The position numbers and the translations under genes are program-made. From assembly GCA_022703705.1 (NCBI GenBank), contig JAKLDD010000002.1, forward strand, positions 4,597 through 68,596: a stretch of 64,000 nucleotides of DNA, written 5' to 3'. Each line of letters opens with the position of its first letter. The first letter of the stretch is position 1. Under the pieces are notes generated by a model that was not told the DNA's origin, ran no database searches, and saw only the letters and a list, made by a program, of their open reading frames with translations. Shown piece after piece: positions 14,966 to 21,041 of the stretch. This DNA is from Nanobdellota archaeon. GTDB lineage: Archaea > Nanobdellota > Nanobdellia > Pacearchaeales > GW2011-AR1.

Positions 14966-15460
14966 TTAGAAGGATTTTGGAGGTTTTGATAGTATTTCCT
15001 TAGTAATCTTAACAATTTGTTTTAATATTTTCGGATTTGTGGCCTTTTTTAAAAACTGTTCATCTTCTGTTGAAAATTGTCTTGCACTTAGGTTAGCTTT
15101 GTTATTTTTTGTTTGATATTCTTTGAAAGCCGGTGAATCTTTATGAACTAAAAGATACTCAAAAACATCCCCGAGGTTTTTCTGGTAGTCTTTAAACTGT
15201 TCTTCACTAATAAGAGCATATTCATGAAATTCATTTAAAGAGAGATTTCCATGTCTTTTTAAAAGAGGGAACCATACAGAAAGTTTCCCATCTTCTACAT
15301 AGTGAATTCCTAATGAATTTTCTTCAGGAATCTGAAATAATAAATGTGGGGCCATCATGTTTTGAAAATACTTTCCCTTGAAATTTTCAATTAATAAATC
15401 ATAAAGAGTGTGCTCATACGGGATTAGTTTTGGTTCTAAACCTTTTTTCATTTTATTCAT
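14966..15460 (-). CDS. hypothetical protein (164 aa)
   Basis: ORF with no recognised motif. Repeat R1 lies ~100 nt upstream. Confidence 0.55.
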   Translation of the reverse strand: MNKMKKGLEPKLIPYEHTLYDLLIENFKGKYFQNMMAPHLLFQIPEENSLGIHYVEDGKLSVWFPLLKRHGNLSLNEFHEYALISEEQFKDYQKNLGDVFEYLLVHKDSPAFKEYQTKNNKANLSARQFSTEDEQFLKKATNPKILKQIVKITKEILSKPPKSF

Positions 15461-15559
15461 AAGAAAAGATTCCTTTTAACTATTTATATTAAGCAAGATA
15501 TATTTTTTAAAATTTTTACTCTTACACTTTTTACACCTGCAAAAATCTTTTAACTAAGT

Positions 15560-15594
15560 TTCACCTGCCTTTTTGCACTTAGGTTAGGTAAGTT
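15560..15594. repeat. repeat R1 copy a (ttcacctgcc-ttttgcacttaggttaggtaagtt)
   Basis: The 24-nt core is identical to 16074-16097. It lies ~100 nt upstream of the start of gene 14966..15460. Confidence 0.8.
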
Positions 15595-15638
15595 CACTTA
15601 ATTAAATTTATTAAAATAATTTTAAAATTATTTAAAAC

Positions 15639-15959
15639 TTAATAAAAAGGACATCTAATCCCATTTAATTTATGAAGATGCTCTTCTGGAGTATTAACAA
15701 ATCCCCTTTTAAAAAAAGGGGCATAAGGTAGTCCTCTGCTGGAAGTATTTTCAAGGGTGAGGGTTGAACCAAAATAGTACCATTTCTTTTCCAAATCTTT
15801 CTTACTCTTTCCGAATCTTCTAAATTTAATATGATATAGTTCATCAAATTCATTACCTAGTTCTCCGGATGGATTATATATGGCAAGCTCATTTGCATTA
15901 AATAATGGCTTAGGTTTTGATCTATTTTTGGGCATTAAAATTTTAGTAAGCTTAATCAT
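15639..15959 (-). CDS. hypothetical protein (106 aa)
   Basis: ORF with no recognised motif. Repeat R1 lies ~105 nt upstream. Confidence 0.5.
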   Translation of the reverse strand: MIKLTKILMPKNRSKPKPLFNANELAIYNPSGELGNEFDELYHIKFRRFGKSKKDLEKKWYYFGSTLTLENTSSRGLPYAPFFKRGFVNTPEEHLHKLNGIRCPFY

Positions 15960-16063
15960 TCTTCTTAAAGCAATTAATTATTTTTAAAAATTTGGATTAA
16001 GAAGGGTATATGAAGTTTATTTTTTACAACAAATTTTTCAGTAAAATTTTCTTGCTATTTATT

Positions 16064-16097
16064 TTCACCAGCATTTTGCACTTAGGTTAGGTAAGTT
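16064..16097. repeat. repeat R1 copy b
   Basis: ttcaccagca-ttttgcacttaggttaggtaagtt, at the same offset from the start of gene 15639..15959. Confidence 0.8.
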
Positions 16098-16122
16098 ATT
16101 TGTAATTAGTTTAATTTTAATG

Positions 16123-16150
16123 CGTTGGATGTGTTGGATGTGTTGGAATG
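16123..16150. repeat. repeat R2: three tandem 9-mers (gttggatgt gttggatgt gttggaatg)
   Basis: The 20-mer tgtgttggatgtgttggaat (16130-16149) recurs exactly at 17800-17819, inside a CDS. Confidence 0.8.
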
Positions 16151-16179
16151 CCAGTTAAAAATGTATAATTTACCTGTTT

Positions 16180-16311
16180 AAACAGCTGTTTGTTATATTT
16201 TATCGACGGAATAATAAAAATTAAAAAAACAAAAATTAATTAAAATTTAAGGTGTTTAAATGGCTGTTTAAATTTTAAACAGCTGTTTGCCACTGTTTAA
16301 ACAGGCTGTTT
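16180..16311. repeat. iteron cluster: 12-bp palindrome AAACAGCTGTTT (2 perfect + 2 degenerate copies)
   Basis: Perfect copies at 16180-16191 and 16277-16288. Variants aaatggctgttt at 16258-16269 and aaacaggctgttt at 16299-16311. Confidence 0.8.
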
Positions 16312-16470
16312 GTAGTTATTTTTTTACTATAAACATGGTTTTTTAACAATTTTTTAGCTTATTTTTTATTTATTTTTGTACCCTTTTTTTGTTTTTAAAT
16401 CAAAGAAAAATTTCGTTTTTCCCGATGAAAAAAACAAAACATTTTTAAACCGGTTTTTCTAATAGATATT

Positions 16471-17103
16471 ATGTTTAGATGGTTTTCTAAAAAAAAGGAT
16501 AAAAAAGAGCTTGAAGATATAAAAGAAGAAACAAAAAAAGGTTTTGATTTTGTAAAAAAAGATATTGCAACAGTAAGTGGATGGATTAAACACCTAGATT
16601 CTGAAAAAAAAATACAAGAAAAAGATATATTATCCATTAAAGAAGATTTGACGACGGTTAAAGAAGAATTAGAAGGATTAAAAAATGTTTTATCTATTAT
16701 GAATGATCTTAAACCCAAACAGCTGTTTAAAACAAACAAACAGCTGTTTAATAAACAAACAGCTGTTTATGCTGTCCAAACAGGTGTCCAAACAGGTGTC
16801 CAAACACCAAATTTAGGACAATTTTCTGTAACAGAAAGAGCGATTCTATGGGTGTTATTAAACACAGATATGAAACTAGGTTATGATGATCTTTCTACTA
16901 TGCTAGGAAAAGAAAAGAGCACAATAAGAGGTCAAATAAACTCCATAAAAGCAAAAAGTGAGGGTATAATAGAGGAAATTATTGAGACAAATGGCAAAAA
17001 AAGAGTGTTTATACCTGAAGAAATTAAAGAAAAACTACTAAAAAAGTCAAAAGTAAGGGTTGGACAGTCAAAAAACACCAAAAAAGTCAAAAGTGAGGAT
17101 TAG
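16471..17103 (+). CDS. coiled-coil / low-complexity linker / C-terminal wHTH DNA-binding protein (210 aa)
   Basis: N-terminal KKGFDFVKKDI..coiled coil, linker KQLFKTNKQLFNKQTAVYAVQTGVQTGVQT, and wHTH SVTERAILWVLLNTDMKLGYDDLSTMLGKEKSTIRGQINSIK. Paralog of 17328..18032. Confidence 0.65.
   Translation: MFRWFSKKKDKKELEDIKEETKKGFDFVKKDIATVSGWIKHLDSEKKIQEKDILSIKEDLTTVKEELEGLKNVLSIMNDLKPKQLFKTNKQLFNKQTAVYAVQTGVQTGVQTPNLGQFSVTERAILWVLLNTDMKLGYDDLSTMLGKEKSTIRGQINSIKAKSEGIIEEIIETNGKKRVFIPEEIKEKLLKKSKVRVGQSKNTKKVKSED
16717..16806. repeat. three more perfect AAACAGCTGTTT palindromes plus AAACAGGTGTCC x2, inside the CDS
   Basis: Perfect copies at 16717-16728, 16738-16749 and 16757-16768; ccaaacaggtgt x2 at 16776-16800. 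Confidence 0.8.
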
Positions 17104-17166
17104 TAACCCTTAAAATATTAAAAAAATAAGAAAAAATTAGATAAAAAAGTCAAAAGTGAGAGTTAA
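17041..17166. repeat. three copies of aaaaagtcaaaagt[ag]ag[ga]g spanning the CDS 3' end and downstream
   Basis: Copies start at 17041, 17081 and 17144. The second contains the stop codon, and the third repeats the C-terminal coding module after the stop. Confidence 0.7.
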
Positions 17167-17210
17167 TAGATTCAAAAAATAAGAAAATAAAAAGAAAAAA
17201 TCGGGGGGAA

Positions 17211-17246
17211 AGAAAAAAGGGAGATAAAAGAAAAAAGGGAGATAAA
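17211..17246. repeat. 18-bp tandem duplication (gaaaaaagggagataaaa x2) in a ~220-bp almost pure-purine tract
   Basis: Read directly. The tract 17104-17327 is A/G on the plus strand and T/C on the minus strand. Confidence 0.75.
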
Positions 17247-17327
17247 AGAAAAAAATAAAGAGAAAAAAACACATAAGAAACCCAAAAGGGAGGGAAAAAA
17301 GTTATTCGGTAAGCAAGATAACTATAA

Positions 17328-18032
17328 TTAAAGCTCCCTTAACTGTAAAATTGTGCTTAAAGAAGCAATTTTCTTAAAGTTTGATGAAATAATCAATTGA
17401 ATATTTTTATTATTGATTTTAATTTTCTCGACGGGAATTCCTTTTTTAATTAACCTTCCAACATAATCCCTAATAGAGCTTTCAGTTAATTTTAGCTTTT
17501 GAGATAAATTCCTATAATCTGCATATCCTTCTTCTTCACAAGATTGATACAGTGCAGAAAAAACAGTCATTTCTTGATCTGTAAGTCGTTTAAATTTTAA
17601 ACGTATCTCTTTTTTTAGATTATCGAGAGAATCTAAAATTTTTACAGCATCTATTATGGGGCTTTCTTTTTCTTTATTATTGGTATTGTACGAACCTTTA
17701 TCTGTCTGTTGGTTTGTCTGTTGGTTTGTCTGTTTGTCTGTTGGAACCCCTACATTTCCAGTGGAAATACCTAAATTTTCATCCCTAAGGAGCCCAAAAT
17801 GTGTTGGATGTGTTGGAATTTGTGGTGAGGATGTTGAATTTTCTGATTTATGTGTTGGATCTTCTTTAAAATTTTCTTCTTTCTGCTTTATTGAAATTTT
17901 CTTTATTAATTCACATAATTCAATTAAACTTTGCCTATTTTCTTTTAATCCTTCTTTTAAAGAATCAACCTCTTTTCTCAAAATATCCATATCTTGTTTT
18001 ACCTTTGAAAATGCCTCTTTTATTTGTTCCAT
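17328..18032 (-). CDS. coiled-coil / low-complexity linker / C-terminal wHTH DNA-binding protein (234 aa), paralog of 16471..17103
   Basis: IKEAFSKVKQDMDILRKEVDSLKEGLKEN aligns with KKGFDFVKKDI..VKEELEGLKN. wHTH LTDQEMTVFSALYQSCEEEGYADYRNLSQKLKLTESSIRDYVGRLIKKG. The linker carries PTHPTH and TDKQTNQQTNQQTD repeats. Confidence 0.65.
   Translation of the reverse strand: MEQIKEAFSKVKQDMDILRKEVDSLKEGLKENRQSLIELCELIKKISIKQKEENFKEDPTHKSENSTSSPQIPTHPTHFGLLRDENLGISTGNVGVPTDKQTNQQTNQQTDKGSYNTNNKEKESPIIDAVKILDSLDNLKKEIRLKFKRLTDQEMTVFSALYQSCEEEGYADYRNLSQKLKLTESSIRDYVGRLIKKGIPVEKIKINNKNIQLIISSNFKKIASLSTILQLREL
17685..17695 (-). other. isolated Xer half-site GTTCGTACAAT inside the CDS linker
   Basis: 11-mer identical to 14125-14135, in the same orientation as the right arm of the dif-like site. 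The flanking would-be left arm is degenerate (5/11). Confidence 0.5.
17704..17744. repeat. tandem gtctgttggttt repeats (minus strand AAACCAACAGAC), related to the AAACAG half-iteron
   Basis: Two 12-mers plus two shorter units, encoding the QTNQQTNQQTD linker. Confidence 0.7.
17800..17819. repeat. repeat R2 second locus (exact 20-mer)
   Basis: tgtgttggatgtgttggaat is identical to 16130-16149 and encodes PTHPTH on the minus strand. Confidence 0.8.
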
Positions 18033-18096
18033 CTTTTTTTAAATAATATCTCCTATAAAAAGATTGAGATATTTTAAAATAATATTTGAGAAATAT

Positions 18097-18372
18097 TCAG
18101 TTTAAGCTTTGCCTGTTTTTGTACACCTTATAAACTTCATCTGAAAGCCTCCATCGACTTCTTTTAAGGTAGTCTACTCCCTTGGAATTCTTTTTTATTT
18201 CAACAACCAACTTTTCCTTTTTTAGTATTAATAATAAATTTTTTATAAATTCTTCATCTCGAGCGATTTCTTTTGCAATATTTGATGTAAAAACCGATTT
18301 TGGGTTAACAGAATAGAGGTAAGCAAGAATTTGTTCAGAGATTTTCTCTTTTTTTTCTTTTGAAATAAACAT
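18097..18372 (-). CDS. small winged-helix DNA-binding protein (91 aa)
   Basis: ISEQILAYLYSVNPKSVFTSNIAKEIARDEEFIKNLLLILKKEKLVVE has a wHTH pattern. Confidence 0.6.
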   Translation of the reverse strand: MFISKEKKEKISEQILAYLYSVNPKSVFTSNIAKEIARDEEFIKNLLLILKKEKLVVEIKKNSKGVDYLKRSRWRLSDEVYKVYKNRQSLN

Positions 18373-18502
18373 AATTAGATTAAGAAGAAAGTTCTTTTAA
18401 AGTTAATTATCTATTATGTTTTAAAATTACTTCTTAAATTCTAAAAATTATTTGTTTAGTTTTAAAAAAATGTAATTTAAAAAAGCTTCTTTAGGTACTT
18501 CT

Positions 18503-18916
18503 TTAATTTTTTTCTTGAGATTTTATAGAAGGAAGGGGGATATGCAATGGAAGATTAAATTCTTCTTCAAAAGGAATTGCTTTTAGACTTGCCTTTTTTA
18601 AGATTATGTTGAAAATATTTAATTTAAATTCTTCCGGCATTTTTTTATCTTGCCATTGTCTTAAAACTTCTTTAGCTTCTTTAGATTCTACTGAAACAAG
18701 CATATTTCCAGTAAAGTCTAATTTAGCTATTTTTTCCTCATAAGAAATATTGTAATTGAATTTAACTGCAATTAAATCTCCATTTAACTTTAAAAAATCA
18801 GATTTTACTGTTTTTATATCAGAAATATCTACTCCTGTATTAATTTTTAAGTCTTTTAGATTATCTGAAAGCTTTTCTACATTTATTTTTGTAAAATTGA
18901 AACTAACTAACTTCAT
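18503..18916 (-). CDS. hypothetical protein (137 aa)
   Basis: Clean ORF with no confident motif. Confidence 0.55.
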   Translation of the reverse strand: MKLVSFNFTKINVEKLSDNLKDLKINTGVDISDIKTVKSDFLKLNGDLIAVKFNYNISYEEKIAKLDFTGNMLVSVESKEAKEVLRQWQDKKMPEEFKLNIFNIILKKASLKAIPFEEEFNLPLHIPLPSIKSQEKN

Positions 18917-18969
18917 ATTATGATATTAAATTTTATATTTTTAAATATTTAGGTTAAAAAATAATACTT

Positions 18970-19230
18970 TTAAATTAAATCTTCTTCAGAAACAATAACA
19001 AAATCACCTATAGCAATAATTGAACTATACGGTACCAAAAATTCTCCAGAAGAGGTTTTTTCAAGATTTAAATTTCTAGAATAAGGTGTGGGATCTTTTA
19101 AAACAACTCCAATTAACTCTCCGGATTTTGTTTCAAAAGTAATATCTTTAACATAACCTAATCTTTTTCCTTCTTTTGTTACTACCATTTTTCCAATAAT
19201 AACATTAAAGGGAGTCTTTTCTATTTGCAT
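18970..19230 (-). CDS. PRC-barrel domain protein (86 aa)
   Basis: Start at the internal Met MQIEKTPFNVIIGKMVVTKEGKRLGYVKDITFETKSGELIGVVL..IIAIGDFVIVSEEDL. The track N-terminal extension runs into the origin AT tract. Confidence 0.65.
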   Translation of the reverse strand: MQIEKTPFNVIIGKMVVTKEGKRLGYVKDITFETKSGELIGVVLKDPTPYSRNLNLEKTSSGEFLVPYSSIIAIGDFVIVSEEDLI

Positions 19231-19316
19231 ATTGAAAATAAAAGTAATCAATTTATAAACTTTTCTGTAAAAATATATAGAGATTTGAATGTATAAAACA
19301 ATCAAAATTTAAATCC

Positions 19317-19341
19317 CACACCCTTTTGTTTCTTATGGAAA
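19317..19341 (-). promoter_or_regulatory. ORB-like box 1 (inverted): TTCCATAAGAAACAAAAGGGTGTG
   Basis: Dyad TTCCAnnnGAAAC plus a G/T-rich tail, comparable to archaeal ORB/mini-ORB elements (TTCCAGTGGAAAC type). Confidence 0.6.
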
Positions 19342-19394
19342 TATTTATAAATCAAAATGAAAAATTTTATTTTATTTATTTATTTATAAAAATT

Positions 19395-19426
19395 TATATT
19401 ATATATTATATATTATATATTATATT
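19395..19426. repeat. (TATATTA)n heptamer repeat, ~4.5 copies
   Basis: tt doublets recur every 7 nt at 19399, 19406, 19413 and 19420. Confidence 0.8.
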
Positions 19427-19437
19427 TTACTATTTTT

Positions 19438-19461
19438 AATAATAATAATAATAATAATAAT
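19438..19461. repeat. (AAT)8 microsatellite
   Basis: Read directly from the sequence. Confidence 0.9.
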
Positions 19462-19667
19462 AAAAGAATTAAAAGAATCAAAAACACTATAAAAGTAATA
19501 TAACAATAACATAACAAGAAGACATAATTAATAACATTCTATCAAAAACATAAAAATTATAATAATTATAATAAAAGAAATAATTAAAATTTTGGTAATA
19601 AATTAAAAATAACAGCTAAAATCTCAAAAACTTAAAAATAGCACTTAAAATTCAAAAAAACTAATCA

Positions 19668-19690
19668 TTCCATTAGAAACGTAGGTGTTT
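19668..19690 (+). promoter_or_regulatory. ORB-like box 2: TTCCATTAGAAACGTAGGTGTTT
   Basis: Same dyad and G/T tail, in the opposite orientation to box 1 across the AT-rich region. Confidence 0.6.
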
Positions 19691-19764
19691 CTCTTAATTA
19701 GTGGTTATAATTCTTTATATAAGAAATACATTTTTTTCATCGATAATTTAATTAATTTTAAATT

Positions 19765-19788
19765 TTCCACAGGAAATAAACGTGTGAG
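19765..19788 (+). promoter_or_regulatory. ORB-like box 3: TTCCACAGGAAATAAACGTGTGAG
   Basis: Same dyad, 30 nt upstream of the cdc6 ATG. GAGGT SD-like element at 19806-19810. Confidence 0.55.
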
Positions 19789-19817
19789 ATAATGAAATTA
19801 AAACGCGAGGTTAAAAG

Positions 19818-21029
19818 ATGAAAATAGATATTGAAAAAATTTTTGATACTTTTGATAAAAATGGAATTTTTAAAAACAAATCTTTATTACAATCAAATTA
19901 TACTCCAAATGAAATTCCCCATAGAGAAGAAGAAATAAAGCAGATTGCTTCTATCTTGGCTCCAGTATTGAGGGGAGAAAAAACAAGTAATTTATTTCTT
20001 TACGGGAAAACAGGAACAGGAAAAACCCTTTCTGTCCAATTTGTTCAAGAAGAATTAAATAAGCGAGTAAAAAAAGATTCAAATTTTAAATTAAAAATAG
20101 AATATTTAAATTGTAAATTAAAAAAGGTGTCTGATACAGAATATAGAATTTTAGCAGAATTAATTAAAAAAATGGGGGGGGAAGTTCCTCAAACAGGGCT
20201 TCCAACTCAAGCAGTATATAACAAATTTATAGAAACAATTGATTCTGAAAGGCAAGTAATAGTACTTATTTTAGATGAAATTGATCAAACAGTAAGGAAA
20301 ATTTCAAGCGATTTTTTGTATAATTTAATAAGATTAAATTCAGAACTTTCAAAATCCAAGCTTTGTATAGTTGGAATTAGCAATAATTTAACCTTTTTAG
20401 ATGAAATAGACCCCCGAGTAAGAAGTTCCCTTTCAGAAGAGGAAATTGTTTTTCACCCGTATGATGCTCTTCAATTGCAGGATATCTTAAATAAAAGGGC
20501 AAGAATGGCATTTAAAGAGGGAGTTATTCAGGAAGGGGTTGTTTCTAAATGTGCCGCATTTGCTGCAAGAGAGCACGGAGATGCAAGAAGAGCCCTAGAT
20601 TTACTTAGAATAGCTGGAGAGTTAGCAGAAAGAGACAATTCAGGTAAAATTTTAATAAAACATATAGATGAAGCAAATAATAAAATAGAAAAAGATAAGA
20701 TTTTAGATGTAATTCAATCAGAACCCAAACAATTTCAGTTAGTTTTAAAGGCAATTATTTATTTATCTGAAACTCAAAAAAACGAACCCATTTTTACAGG
20801 AGATGTTTATAATGTATATCAGGATTTTTGTTTAAGGCATAAACTAGAAGTATTAACCCAAAGGAGAGTGGGGGATATAATTCAAGAGTTTGATATGCAT
20901 GGAATAATTAATATAAAAGTTATTTCTAAGGGCCGGGGAGGGAGAATGAGAGAAATTAAATTAGCAATTCCAAAAGAGATTACAAAAAAAGCAAATGAAA
21001 TTGTTGAACACTCCTTAAATTATTTATAA
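19818..21029 (+). CDS. cdc6: Orc1/Cdc6 replication initiator
   Basis: IPHREEEIKQI.., Walker A YGKTGTGKT, Walker B LILDEID, sensor GISNN, GDARRALDLLR, and a C-terminal winged helix. Confidence 0.93.
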   Translation: MKIDIEKIFDTFDKNGIFKNKSLLQSNYTPNEIPHREEEIKQIASILAPVLRGEKTSNLFLYGKTGTGKTLSVQFVQEELNKRVKKDSNFKLKIEYLNCKLKKVSDTEYRILAELIKKMGGEVPQTGLPTQAVYNKFIETIDSERQVIVLILDEIDQTVRKISSDFLYNLIRLNSELSKSKLCIVGISNNLTFLDEIDPRVRSSLSEEEIVFHPYDALQLQDILNKRARMAFKEGVIQEGVVSKCAAFAAREHGDARRALDLLRIAGELAERDNSGKILIKHIDEANNKIEKDKILDVIQSEPKQFQLVLKAIIYLSETQKNEPIFTGDVYNVYQDFCLRHKLEVLTQRRVGDIIQEFDMHGIINIKVISKGRGGRMREIKLAIPKEITKKANEIVEHSLNYL

Positions 21030-21041
21030 TCTTTATTTAAA

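Larger units (their letters stand above)
19306..19817. other. oriC: predicted replication origin (oriC): ORB-like boxes flanking an AT-rich unwinding region, upstream of orc1/cdc6
   Basis: 512-bp non-coding, extremely AT-rich region with three TTCCA-N3-GAAA(C/T) boxes (one inverted), microsatellites, an adjacent cdc6-PolD operon, and a switch of gene strand here. Confidence 0.7.

Noticed and set aside
18503-18916. Faint resemblance of the 137-aa protein to SecB-like chaperones
   Set aside because: Only a vague secondary-structure or pattern impression (beta-rich N-terminal half, C-terminal helix, ..LPL.IPLP..). It is too weak to call without a profile search.
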